A stretch of 64,000 nucleotides of DNA from Takakia lepidozioides (Eukaryota; Plantae; Bryophyta), in contig CM060732.1 of the NCBI GenBank assembly GCA_030704615.1, positions 15,314,001 to 15,378,000 on the forward strand. The letters are read 5' to 3'. The position numbers and the translations under genes were made by a program. The first letter of the stretch is position 1. Every line of letters starts with the position of its first letter. A model generated the notes under the pieces. It was given only the letters and a program-made list of their open reading frames with translations. It did no database searches and was not told the origin of the DNA. Shown here one piece after another: positions 1 to 12,088 of this stretch.

Positions 1-442
1 CCGATATATGCACCATCGTAAATGGAGATCTTTGTTGTGGAGACTCTATGTCCATAGGACTTATCCTCGTAGCTTATGAGAATGTCCCCATAGACTGTTT
101 ACGAGGGAATCCTCTGAGGCCTATATGTACAGCCAATGCAATCCTCGTAGGCCCACTGGCAGCACCTCCAATGATATAGGAAGGTTGTGCTGCTTTTGGG
201 GATGTTCCATGCAAGCGGATACTGCAGATCAACGATTCGTAGGCACCACAGCCGCGCAAGTCCGTCCCCGCAAGGCTGATCATGGAAGCCAAGAAGGTAC
301 TCAAGAGCGGACAGGTGGACCCGCCTCTGCTGAGACTGGTCTATCCAATCCTGCAGGAATATGAAAATGTCCCTGACTTGGGCGAGAAGTCCCACGGGGT
401 GAGACCCTTGTTGGGGCAATTGCTGGGATCCCGGCACGCCAT
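1..442 (-). pseudogene. Frameshifted third paralog of the ~190-aa orphan cargo protein family (runs off the window start)
   Basis: Starts MACRDPSNCP at ATG 442. Later pieces LSALEY, WCLRIVD, HWRCCQW and VYGDILISYEDKSYGHRVSTTKISIYDG align by eye with ORFs 11141-11704 and 12089-12667, across frameshifts. Confidence 0.75.
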
Positions 443-699
443 CGCCAAGTATTGACAGGGCTGCCAGGAAGCAAAGAGGGCGCGCAAGGAAGTGGGAGTG
501 TGGGAGGAGAGGAAGTGAGAGGATCTCAGAGCAAGGAACTGGCGTTGCTCGCTCGGTTTGAAACGCAGTGGGTGACGGGGAAATTTGGACAAGTGGCAAA
601 CAAATGCGTAGCATTTAATATGCCCGTACCCGGGAATGAGGCGCAGCATTAACTTTGTGGTCGGTTCCATAAAACCGCGTCCCGCAAAACACCTCCCGG

Positions 700-888
700 G
701 GGGAGATGGCGCCAACATGTTCATCCAAGTCCATCCCCTTGATGGAAAAACGGCGCCCAATTTGCATGATGGGGGGTTTGGATGGAGTCATCTCGGGGGT
801 AGGGATGGACAGGTGGCACTCCAAGTCCATCCCCCGGATGGAAAAACGCCGCCGAATTTCCATCCGAGGGGGCTCGGATGAAGTCGTT
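700..888. repeat. Palindromic GGAAAAA-CG(G/C)CGCC-(C/G)AATTT repeats within longer stems
   Basis: Copies near 744 and 840, each flanked by inverted ccatcc/ggatgg. Same core as the arrays at 12.9-14.0 kb and 31.7-32.5 kb; an inverted homolog lies at ~40058-40100. Confidence 0.7.
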
Positions 889-1045
889 GGGGGCAATGAC
901 GCAATGGCGTGAGCGTTGCGCGTGAGCGCGCGAGCGTACGCTCACGCAGGAGTGACGTGGCGTGAGCGTCATGTCGGCATGCTGATGTGGTGGTAAATGA
1001 TGACGTGGCACTGTCCGTCATCTGCCACGTCAGCATTAACATGCA
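889..1045. mobile_element. Putative terminus of MULE-like copy 1 (GGGGGC followed by CGTGAGC repeats and a TGACGTGGCA stem)
   Basis: GGGGGCAATGACGCAATGGCGTGAGCG at 889; palindrome gagcgtacgctc; tgacgtggca...tgccacgtca at 1001-1032. A mirror-image homolog lies downstream of copy 2 at 19118-19235. Confidence 0.6.
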
Positions 1046-1485
1046 CCGCCTATAACCGTGGATGGTCCTATGACCGTGGAATTAATGCAGGGAATCTTGC
1101 CTAAATAGAATCAAGACGAGCGTTGAGGCCTACAATTGCAGCATCCAACATTGTGCAATTACAAATGCTTGTTTCACTTTTACAATTACGAGGACAAAAA
1201 ATATCCTCACAAAGTGTGCACCATAAAGGCTGCCACGGGAAGACCTTCCTCCCTCCTCAAATAACAATGAGAGTTAGGATCATCTTCAAAAGATGATTGT
1301 AGTGCATAGCGACAGCAAGACATGTAGACTTCGAACGGTGCAATGACAAATGTGCACTACCTAAAAGTTGTCACTCAGAGCTCACTCCGTATAGTTGGAG
1401 GCCATATCATTGCACCGCCGACGAATTGATGTGAATTACACATTTCAAATCATGGTCGTCCACATACCACATTGCATAGTTGATG

Positions 1486-4400
1486 CTACCCATGTGTTGT
1501 ATCCTGCTGCAAAAGAGTATCGACCTCGTTGAAACTCATAGTGGCCTGGTGAATGAAGTTGTCACGTTTGGGATCGCAAACCATCCTCTTCAAAAATATG
1601 AAATACAAATGTTTGCAGGGTATGAATTTACCTCTCTTGCCCAAACTGGTTGATAGCATATTCACAAAATCATGACATGTGCAATTGGGGAAATTGGAAA
1701 CCGTGATGTCGTAGGTCCTGTCATGAACAGCAGATGTGGAAGTGATGATTGTGAATACCTGACCATATCCTGGATCGGGTACTTCCGTGGTGCTTCCAAC
1801 ACGAGCTTGGAGCATTCTTGCGGACTCCACTTTGCCAAAGTGTTCAGCGGTTGGAGGGAAACGCCGAACGAGCTTTCCATCTCGTTTGGTTGGCCACAAG
1901 TCAGGATTTGCCGGGGGGACCCGGGAGGACGCAGAAGTAGTAGCACATGCATGGAGTTGGGGTTGTCTCACAAGGGAAAAACCTGCCTCCTCCAGCATTT
2001 CAATCTCCTGAAAGCTGAGATGTGTTCCCACCTTCACGGGCCAAACGGTTGGAGGAGATGGCTTCATCACTACGGAAGGACGCACAGTTCCATGCACACA
2101 TCTGGCACAATCATCTGCGCAGAACCAGAACTTGTGGTTCTTGGCTTCTGGTTGACCGTATGGACGCATCAAGCCCATGAAAGTCGGAGCAGGAGTTCGG
2201 GCACCACCTCTGGATATAGATGAAGTGCACTTCTCAAAATTAGTTGCCCTGATCGCTGTACATTTCACACGAGACCCTACACTTGTGCGTTCTATGTGCC
2301 AAACGTGGTCGAGGCATGCGGACTCAAGCACATCAAGGGGGTTGTTTCTCTCCTGCACCATTTCAGTGGCACTGTTTGATGCTGGAGCTTGCCGTCGTGT
2401 TGGAGGTTCCGGACATGGAGCTGTCATGCAGGGGAACACGAGGCTTCGAGAAGTTATCACGGTCTGCCCTGTAGGAATCTGAATCCGAAACAGGTGGAGT
2501 GTTCAATTTCCTCTTACAGGAGCCGAATCTCTCCTCCCCTTCAAGATGTGGAACTCTAGAAACAAGTGGCGTTCCCTGGGCATACATGCTCACCACCCGT
2601 GCTATCTTGATTGGATCCCCAGATCTGTTTGCAGCACGCAACATCAACTCCCATTTGTCCGGACCCTTGCCACCAACCCCACCTCGTAAGAAATCACGGT
2701 ATCGGGTTTGTGTTGCAAGGCACGTATCAAATCATCTGTTGTTGCCACATACAAATCCCGACCTCGTTTCCCAGACTGCTGCAACCATGCGTTGTGCACA
2801 GTTTCTGCCAAATTGCAAGATGGCATATCCGCCATTTCCTCAATGGACATGTTCTGCAAAGTGCATAACCACACTTCAAAACAGTGAACAGAAAACAACA
2901 TAAAGAAAGCGAGGACACAATAAAATGGAAAGCAAATGTATGAAAAAGCAATAAATATAAGCCTCGTACCAATGGCATGGCTGCTCCCCACTGTCTATAC
3001 CGGAAGTGCCAAAACGCCAGCCAATCTTCCAATGCTCTCATACTCTCAAGTGATGCAGCTCCAGAAGATAACCACCAGGCACGAATTGTCTGGAACAAAG
3101 TGTCCGCCTCCTTCATTGTTCTAACATCTTTGTACTCTTTGCACAATTTACGGTGCTGAGTCTGCATCTCTGGTTTGATGTCCGACTTTGTATGTTTTTC
3201 CAGAGATTGTGTCCAATGGAATAGACATGTACGCTCTCTTCCTCGCATTGGCACTTTTGGGTCGCCCGATCCGAAGACAATACGAACAGCATTGAAATTT
3301 GCTTGAGCACTATCCGCCATGAAACCTGCAAAATTTGGAGATGGCAGCCCATGGTAGCCCATGACACGTATCAGGGAATTCCACATGAGCTTCTGGGATT
3401 CCGTATCCTCGGATTGCATGTCACAAACTGCAATTGTCATAACTCGTTGGTACACTGGATCGTAGACATGACAAGCCATTGTTGTCCAATCCTTCACTCG
3501 TTTCACATGATCAAACATAAGAAAACAGTTCTGCAAGTCCCCAGTCTTCTGCATCCGCTTCACGAGGCTAACCCCACTGCCCTCCCCAACAGTCGACATT
3601 TTGAAAAGAAAAACTTTGATGACACCTTGACCTGGGAATACATTGTCCTGGATGTAATCGTACTTGCTCACTCGTTTCAATTCCAAAATATTGTCTATGT
3701 AGCCTCTGATCCCAGAGCCCATTCTCAATGCATTGATCTGATGTCGAATGTTCGGTGAACTTAAAGTGGAGAAATGATCCATGACCAGGTCCAATGCTGC
3801 ACCGTCAAGTTTAGTCCCCACAGAATCCCCTTCACTCAAAATATGGCTTTCCAAGAAGGACTTGCTTGCGCCAAGAGCAATTGCAGATGTTGTTGCGGAT
3901 GGGTTTCTCCCGAACTCCTGTTTAATCAACCTCGATACTGTCTCAACACTCTCCCTGTAATCCCCCTTCGAGACAGGATGGTTATGGAATCCGAAATGCA
4001 CACAAGCTCTTGTCATTGTTTTCAAACGGTGGACAACATAGTACATTCTTGCTCCGCAGAGCGCCAAGCAGGATGGCGCAAGTTTGCAGAATTTGCAGAC
4101 GAAAGTGTTTGCCGGTGGAGGGGCAGTCCCAGGCTGAAATGGATTTTCCGCCAGACCCTCCCATTCGCTTTGATTATGAACCCCAGACTGAAGAAAGTGT
4201 CTGCAATTCAAATTATCACACCTAAGGTGTCCATTGCAAACTGTCCTCCTGAAAACAAGCTTGTCATCATTCTGAATATTGGATGTTTTTGTTCTGCACC
4301 ACGGGTGCCCGTCGTGTTTCTTGTCCATTCCATGCATCATGATTGTTACACCTCCAACTCGCGGAGGAGGAGGCAGCTCAAATAGGATATCGCCATCAAA

Positions 4401-4983
4401 AGTCTCCGGCAAGAACTTCACAGGCACCTGCTTCAAAGATTCCCAATCAGTTCCCCGCAACTCACTTTTGAATCCAGCCATTCTTCCCATCGCCCGCAAT
4501 TTTGGAATGACACTACAAATCTCTTCTTCATCAGCTTCTCCAACCACAGTAGGAAGGACTGGATTTGGAATTTCACTTATGTCATCATCGGAAGAATCTG
4601 AAAGCTCAACGATTGGAGTGGAGGACGTCTGTTCTTTTTTCACCACCACCTCCCTCTTGTCTTCAACGACCGAAGCAGCAGTCTCGGGCGTCACATATGA
4701 CCCAAGGGACTTTCGCCGAGGCTCTCCAAGTACTCTGTATCGACCAGGGACGCACTCTCCACTGGCTGATATGAGCCGTCTCATCACGGTTTTGGAAAGA
4801 GTATTTCAACAACTTCCCTTTAAGATCGTACACATCTTTCTCCAAAAAGATGGAGCCATTCTGCAACTGAAAACGGGTAGCCAAGACATGTTCCAGAACA
4901 ATTGCAAATCCATTGTCAAGGACTTCCTGGGAGAACTCCACTGGTTTGTCGTCAGAAAAGAACTCCGCTTCAGAGGAAGCCAT
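1486..4983 (-). pseudogene. Mutator-like (MULE) DDE transposase with WRKY/GCM-like N-terminal Zn domain and C-terminal SWIM finger, copy 1, frameshifted
   Basis: ATG 4983 (MASSEAEFF). Motifs MFDHVKR (D), FMADSAQAN (D), CLFHW (CxxH), CNLAETVHN (E); SWIM CTCHDF..CKHLYF. GT-AG intron 2854-2969. Frameshifts near 4750, 2715 and 2465. Confidence 0.85.
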
Positions 4984-5683
4984 CTTCCTTCCTCGCGTAT
5001 GTTTGTACCTTGCTATCGCAGATCTAGTGTAAATCGGTTTACTGATGTCTCCAGAACACAGTTGAAGAACGAGCAGAGAATATGGCGGAGGAAGCTCAGA
5101 CAACGACTGTGCATATTATGTTATTATTTCCAGATATGCAGCCATCCATTTTAATTACTTTTCTTGTGGCCCCAGTGGTCAGAGTATCCCTAGGAGCAGT
5201 GTTGGCAGCTGTTAAACCATTAACCAGAACCTCATCAATAAACCCAATAACAAAGCCGACTTCCTGGAAGCATGCCACAGGATCTGAGGATGGGATTGCA
5301 GATTAAGTAAATGTATCTTTATACTACTACCAATGATCATGCGCACCTGGAAAGTTCCAAATGTGAAACGAGTGTGGGGTTTGGCTAACAAGGATGACCG
5401 TGTATGATATTCCAAGATTTGTCATCAAACTCTCGTTCATTTACATTTATTTGTGTAAGACTGTGCGCCAAGATTTCTGGGATTCGCTATTATTTTTAAA
5501 TATTGAAACCGTTCTAATAAAGAACACGCCGTTTATTGTGGGCGACACACGTCAGACATCCATAACTGAATACGAATAGCTGTACACCAATTGCTGGCAT
5601 GTGCACTAATAAGGGAACGACTATGTGTAACAGTCACGCGAGAGGGAATCCAATGCTTCTATAGACAAGCAACAACGCAAGCA

Positions 5684-6930
5684 TTACGTAAGGCGCCAGT
5701 TTCCTGATACAACTCACAAGAAAATTTGCCTTACCTTGCAAGTCCTGGCGACCACTGCTTCCACTAAGCGACTGATGGTATCTTCCGACAGCTCTGTGGT
5801 CGCCCGAGTCATGTTCAATTGCCGAGGCTTCGTGCATTTCTTAGCCATGTGCCCGGGCTCCCCGCAATTGAAACACACTCCATCAAAGGTCGCCTTCTGT
5901 CCACCATAGGCCGCTCCACCCGTTTTTCCTTTCGAAGCACCGGGTGCCGCCTTGACTTGTGATGGCCCTCCCTTCGATTTCCACGTGCCATTGTTGCCGC
6001 GTGGCCTATCCCACTTCTTTTCCGGTCGGAAGGAGTCACCTTCCCGCCGGGTCTTCTTGTGGTTTAGCTCCGTACGGCCTTGTCTTTCACCCCTAGGGAC
6101 ATCCGAGAAACATTCAGCCCTCTCAATTGCCTCGTTCAAAGTCTTAGGTGGCTTCTCCTCCAACTTCCGCCTGGCCCATGAGGCCAGTCCTACCACAAAG
6201 TTGAAGACCATTTCTGGTTCTGCCATGTCCGCGACTTTGAGCAACAGCACATTGAAGCCTGGACATATCCCCGAATGTCATCTGTTTGGACGCCAGCGGG
6301 CCAGGACGCGTTGAGGGGCACAAATTGCCTCTTCATCAATTCCTTGAACCCACTCCAGTTCAAGGTTTCCGGGCTTGGACCTCGGTCGTGAAGGCGTTTC
6401 TGCCACCATTGTTGAGCATAGCCCCTCAAATAGGTGGGAGCCACTTCCACCCGATCCTCGTCACTCAACTTGGCCGCCGGAAGTACTGCTCTAGCTCCAA
6501 GAGCCAGGTGTTGAGTGCCTTCCAATTTTGGACGCCCTCGAAGGTGCCGGGTTCCTTAGGCTTCATCTTAAACTTTGCCTTAGTGGAAGTGGCATTAGCC
6601 GCCTTCAACACGTCTTTCAACGTCCCGCCAAATTGCGCCAACAACCCTTCCCAAAAGGCTGCCGGCATGGGAGGCATCTGTTGGTCGGTCGGAGCTCTCA
6701 GGGATTCCTCAAGCTCCGACTCATCAGATTCCTCCCGCTCTTGAGCGGCCTCGTTTTTGGAAACATGCATCGCTTCCTCAAATGGCCGCCTCGGTAACAC
6801 GTCGCCCCCATCGGGCTCACTAGGATCATCATCTTTTGGGCCGTTCCGCTTTCGCTTTGGCTTGCCCGACCCCATGATGAGGCCAATCCCAAGGACGATC
6901 GCGTACTGAACTCTAAGCTCTGATACCAAG
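5684..6930 (-). mobile_element. Ty3/Gypsy family 1 gag fragment (5' part, truncated)
   Basis: Near-identical to 47321-48590; zinc knuckle [14 protein letters not shown]; frameshifts. Confidence 0.9.
6917..6928 (-). promoter_or_regulatory. Primer binding site (tRNA-iMet) TGGTATCAGAGC
   Basis: Canonical plant PBS, 2 nt inside the LTR end at 6931. Confidence 0.9.
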
Positions 6931-7656
6931 TGTCGCGCACCTCACTTCGGTAAGCTCCCCCTCAAGTCATAGTTACTCGCTTGATGCGCACACCTAACTC
7001 CCAACCTGGCCGCCGGGCCAACTTGGAGCTCTGGCTGCTCACCGGGGCATAACGGTCCCCCTTTGATCTCCCAAAGAACCCTCCAACGGTTTGGAACCAG
7101 CGGAATTCCCTTTGGTAGTTGGCGGTCCGGAACAGCTCCCCACTCTTTGGTCGCTTTCCGGCTCGCTCGCTTACTCACTAGTTTTTGGTCACCAACGGGC
7201 TTGCACCGTTCTCGGGGTTACTACTCCCTATATATACTTCTGTAGCTGTCCGCGGGGGTTTCACAAACAACCATGCCATTTTATGGCGAACCACCACGAA
7301 CACCCTCGACTCCCGGTGATGAGTCGCGGTGAGTCTTGGCCCACCCACCACGGCCCCTATGGACCGTGATGAGTCCCAAGACTCCCCACGACTCCCACCA
7401 CGAGGTCTCCGCCCCAGGGTGAGTCCTATGCCACCCCCACTAAGACCCGCTAAGCTACCACCACCCCCTTGTGGAGCCACCCCCACCGCAACCCGGTGTG
7501 CGGGGCTCCACCTAGTGAGCGCCTCCGCCTCCTTGAGTGCCTTGGGCACTCAAGGGTGCTTCAGCCCCCCATACCTATCGCTGCCACTGCCCCCACCACA
7601 GGGGCAGCCCCTCTTGTGTCCCGACCCCTCTGCCCTCAAGGCAAAGGGCCACCACA
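6931..7656 (-). mobile_element. 5' LTR of Gypsy family 1 (~726 bp)
   Basis: TG...CA ends; homologous to LTRs at 29738, 42223, 46591 and 60514; adjoins the PBS. Confidence 0.9.
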
Positions 7657-7659
7657 GCC

Positions 7660-10617
7660 AGGCTTTTGAAAATCCCATCTTCACCTTGCGGAACCGACCA
7701 TCTCACCTCCGTTGGCTCGTCGTCCTCCATGTCTGCATCGCTCTCATCCGCTGAATCACATATGAACTTTCGCACCCGTCTACTTGTCTCAGCTGTTGCC
7801 AACTCTTTCCTTATCCTTTTGTCCTCCCTAGCCCTCTCCAAAATCTGCTCTACTTTACTGGGATTCTCACATCGTCTAATCGCTGTATTTGCGAGTTTAG
7901 CTGCATAACTAGGAAGGGAGTAGTCCTTCACCGGGCTCGTCATGAAGTCGGCCCTCGCAAAGAACGGGACATTCTTCCTAGCAGGAAGTGTAGGCCCTAC
8001 ATGTTCGACCCGGATCCTGGAATCATGCACATAACAATCACCAACGAGACCAATGAGAACCACAGTCCGGAAATGCGTTTGACAAAAAATCACCCAGAAG
8101 GCTTTGCAAACTTACAATGTTTGCACTCACTCGTATTCCAGGTTCTCCTCGGCATCAATGTCCACTGTCTCTTCCTCCGACTCCGACGAATCCGAGGAGT
8201 CCTTGGCTTCGATGGGAGCCTTCACATTCCGTTGCAGCCCTTCGAGATGGGATCCCCAGACGGATGTGTCCTCCTTGTAGGCAAAGAGGTGCCGGTCAGA
8301 AAACCGCCCAGCCCACATTGAGGCACCTGTAACAATGCCATCCACTGCTGCATCTCCGAATGCACATGCTTGTCATAGTGTGTTTTGATCTGCTGAAGGA
8401 ACTCAGAACCAAGTCCAGGATCTACTATTCTAAGTTGCTTTCCAAAGGCGGACATCAATTTGGTTCTTCGCATTTCAAACTCCTTCTTTATTGCAGCTTC
8501 CACACCCTTTGATGTCCTTAGTTCCTCTGGTGTAGTGCGGTAATATTCGGATTTTCCCTTCTCAGCTGCCTCTGCCAGTTCTTGCTGCATTGATTCAAGT
8601 AGTGATTAGCTCCGAATGGACTACAAACATGTATTCGAAAAGTAAACAGAGTACAGACTCGGGCTTACCGCATACATGTACTCCAGAAACGCCTCTCGTG
8701 TCAAAGAATACCAAGTGCCTGCAGCTCTTCCTGTTTTGCACTTCTTGATGATATTGGGTGGTAGTACTGTCCGAAAATCATCCAGCTTCATCAGACCAAT
8801 CCTCTGAATTCGGAATAGTGTGTGAACCAAGCTTGTTGTCACATGCGATTTCTCTGTCGATCTGCAAAAACATTGGAAACATTGCATTCCTTAACACTGT
8901 TTTTTGAGGATTAATAAGACACTACAGAGGGAATGAAATCTCCTGGATGACTTACTTGTTCACGTCGTGCATAGCTGTAAGAAGCCTAGCGATGTCGTTT
9001 CCAGGATCCAAAACCATTGCCTCCACAGCAACATGCTTGTCTTTGTCTTTCGCATGGTGTTTCTGAATGTATTCCATCCATGCCAGCAATCGGTGATTGT
9101 CGTCCCAGACGTAGAACATGTGGTTGCAGAATTGCTGGGTGTTCTTTCCCATGATGAGGCCCAGCTAGAACTCCTCATTGGCATCTTTCTAGCACTCATC
9201 CCAGTTATCACTGATCTCTGGAGACACTAATGTGCTTTTCCCATTTATATCCGTCAGTGACACATAAAAAACTTGTGCACCAAGTCTATATCCATGCACA
9301 AAATCACTCTCCAATTTTGTTATGTCATGGGAAAGAGGTGGACGCACAACAAGCATTGATATCATCCGGCACAGAGGGATGTCCAGACGCCCTCCAGATA
9401 CAAGCATGTCCCTTATAACCTCCTGAGAGTTTACCTTCTGGAATGACATGAGTTCTTTCACCTTGTCAAGGTAGTGCACTTCAGATTCATCTGCTTCATC
9501 TGTATTCTCTGAGTTTTTTGCGGACTCGTCCCCATCTCCAGATCCTTTCCCCTCTGATCCTGTAGGCTTCGACCTCACAGTTTTCTGCACGATGTCATTC
9601 AGTTCTGACTGAGTAATTTGCAAATAGTGAATGGCGGTAATGACCATCACTCTGTCTCAAAGAAACTCACTATGAATGGTGTGAAACAATTCAGCACAAT
9701 CTACACAAGCAAAGCTGATACTGCCGTATTCAAAACAAAAGCGAGAGCGATAGCGAACGGCGTTAACGACAATCACAAAAGATAACGACCTGCCGGATCG
9801 GTGTTGTGTAATGACATCTATGTGCAAGTGATTGGCGGCAATGACATTCAGTATAGTTTAGGGCGGACAGTAAGTGCAGATTATTCAGATTGACTCCACT
9901 GTGATTACCGTCGCCAGCATGGGAAGAGGAAGGACTGCTTGTAAGGCAATCAGACAGACTGTATGGTCTGAACAACGATGATTGACGGTATGCCGACCCT
10001 CACTCTCTCTTCAAACACATAGGTACATAAATCTCATGAGGAGAATTGAATGGCGTTAACGACGCTCGCAATTCAGTAGTTCCTGCTAAAGAAGGGAAGA
10101 GGAAGGACTCCTTGAAAGGCAATCAGACAGACTGTATGATCTGAACAACAGTGAATGACGGTACCGATAGTCACCCACTCATTGTGCGGTAAACCCTTAG
10201 CAGAGGAGTAGAAAGCAAATCACCGTTGTGATGGTCGGTAGCGACAATCCCTGTCTGGGACATTCCACTCAATCTCTACGCAGATCTTCAACAATGAAAT
10301 GTAAGTTAGAGAAAACTTACTGGCGCCTTCTTAGGTTTTGAAATTGGATCCCCTTCTGCAGCTTTCCTCTTCCCTCTCACATCTGTTGGAATTTCTGTCT
10401 GCTCTAGGGTTTCTGGACCTTCTCCCGGTTCGGCGTTCTTCGTGCTTCCACCTCCTTCAGTGTCCCTACGAATCATCTCTGCATCCACAGGCTGGCGCAC
10501 TCTTATCGCCGTCTGTGTCACAGCCGCTGCCTCAGTCTCCGTCTGCTCTTGTGAATCAGTCTCCGCGTTCACCTGCTGCCTTGGCCCTGTGTTCTCCAAC
10601 AAACGACGCCTCGTCAT
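7660..10617 (-). pseudogene. Spliced ParB/Srx-like domain gene ending in the same two terminal exons as the methyltransferase gene at 32.8-34.9 kb
   Basis: Exons ~10321-10617, ~8956-9620 (VRPPLSHDITKLESDFVHGY...FYVWDDNHRLLAW; in-frame stops near 9190), 8669-8861, ~8340-8584, 8131-8326 (GASMWAGRFSDRHLFAY) and ~7660-8016 (RKNVPFFARADF...VRWSVPQGEDGIF). GT-AG junctions; 3' end cut by the LTR. Confidence 0.7.
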
Positions 10618-10760
10618 TTGCTCTCTTGCTCTGCGTCTCTCTCTAAGGGAAGTAAAATAAAGAGACTTTCTTCTCTTTCGTATTGTAGAAGGAACCCTCT
10701 CCAGCTTGACTACCACTCTCTCTCTAAGCGCGAAAAGTAGAAAAACGCAGTGACTCCCGA

Positions 10761-11132
10761 TTAATACTCTTTCTTTAAGAGTGCCGCAGTGCGCTTGGCT
10801 CCGCCATGGCCCGCAAGCGGGCTATCATGGCATTCTCTCAAGAGGCTATCTCCGATCCCTCCCTTCGGTACGTAGAGACGCTTTTGCTTATACCGGAGCA
10901 GTCCATTTTGCAAGTGGAACTGCGATTTAACCCCCATCCTCAAGTCCTGCATCATGGACTTCGCCAGCTCATCCTTCCGGCAAGCCTTCCGGATCTTCCT
11001 TTGGAGCGCCGTCTCGCCCTTGTACACCAACAAGAGCTGCTGCTTTCTACTTAAAGCATCGGCCACCACGTTGTCTCGTCCCGGTTTGTACTGGATATCC
11101 ACGTCGAACACCGCCAAAGTATCTTGCCACCT
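10761..11132 (-). mobile_element. Gypsy family 1 RNase H-end / integrase zinc-binding fragment
   Basis: DIQYKPGRDNVVADALSR...ECHDSPLAGHGG; near-identical to 50355-50715. Confidence 0.9.
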
Positions 11133-11140
11133 AATACAAG

Positions 11141-11704
11141 TCACATTGTCAATGGAACTTCGACTGCTCTGAGAACTAGCTCATGAGTCATTGGGCTCCT
11201 CCAGGTAACCTGGATTGCAGCCGTTGTACCGCCCCTGTTGATGTTCACCACAATGTCGTGCCCTTCAATCATACCACCATCGAATATGGAAAGCTTCACG
11301 TTTTCGTCGTCCACACCAATGCGAATGTCCCCATACAATGGAGAAGATGAGCGCACTCCTTCAGGAGTATACGTCTCTCCGATGGAGTCCACCCACGTCC
11401 ACTGGCAGCAGTTCCACCGCAACAGCATAGCAGTGCGCATTCTTCTGCATGGGTGCCCGTCGTAGCTGGGAAAATCGGAATCAAGGATGCGTAGGAGCCA
11501 CGGACTCCTCAGACCAAGATCGTCACCCCGCTCGAAGGTGTACTGGCTTGGGATATACTCAAAAGCGGACAATGTTTCCACATTCGAACCAGTATCTTCT
11601 GTGTAATCTGTGTACGAGATAACGATGTCTCCCGATGTAGCCAAATACATTGCATAATCGAAGCCTCCATAAGGGCAGTCGTCCCGGTTCCGGAAGCACG
11701 GCAT
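11141..11704 (-). CDS. Orphan cargo protein A (187 aa), intact ORF
   Basis: ATG 11704 (MPCFRNRDDCPY) to TGA 11141. Near-identical partial copies at 30518-30715 and 44935-45311; paralog of 12089-12667. Confidence 0.7.
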   Translation of the reverse strand: MPCFRNRDDCPYGGFDYAMYLATSGDIVISYTDYTEDTGSNVETLSAFEYIPSQYTFERGDDLGLRSPWLLRILDSDFPSYDGHPCRRMRTAMLLRWNCCQWTWVDSIGETYTPEGVRSSSPLYGDIRIGVDDENVKLSIFDGGMIEGHDIVVNINRGGTTAAIQVTWRSPMTHELVLRAVEVPLTM

Positions 11705-12088
11705 CCTTGCAAAGGAGGACCTGAGGACGTCTTTGATGCCGATGACAATGACCTTGCGGATAGCAACGAAGCCCTTAGATTTTTGACATGATGAGAAGCG
11801 GAAGAGCAGTGCGGGCTCCAATAATGGAGCATCTGGGTCACACGTACCCACCAGTCATTGTGTAACGTGTTCATCACGCCAGCGGTGGATGAACCGATAC
11901 CTCTTTCTCATCCACGGGGTATAGTTTGAAATCTGCCACCGAAGTCCATCCCCCAGAAATTTAAATGTGCCCTGGAGTGTTTGTGAGGAATTGCAGCGTT
12001 TGCTTGAATTTCTTCCAGCCACCGCGCTATTGCCTCCTCCATCCGGGAGCTGCTGTCATTGAGCGTACTCCGCTACTCTTTTTCAAGG

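Noticed and set aside
6942-7754. Pro/Gly-rich ORFs in the LTRs (also in the other LTR copies)
   Set aside because: GC-rich LTR sequence; frames are not conserved between LTR copies.
9758-10165. Short direct duplication inside the first intron of the ParB-like gene
   Set aside because: Real but degenerate and non-coding; no evidence of function.
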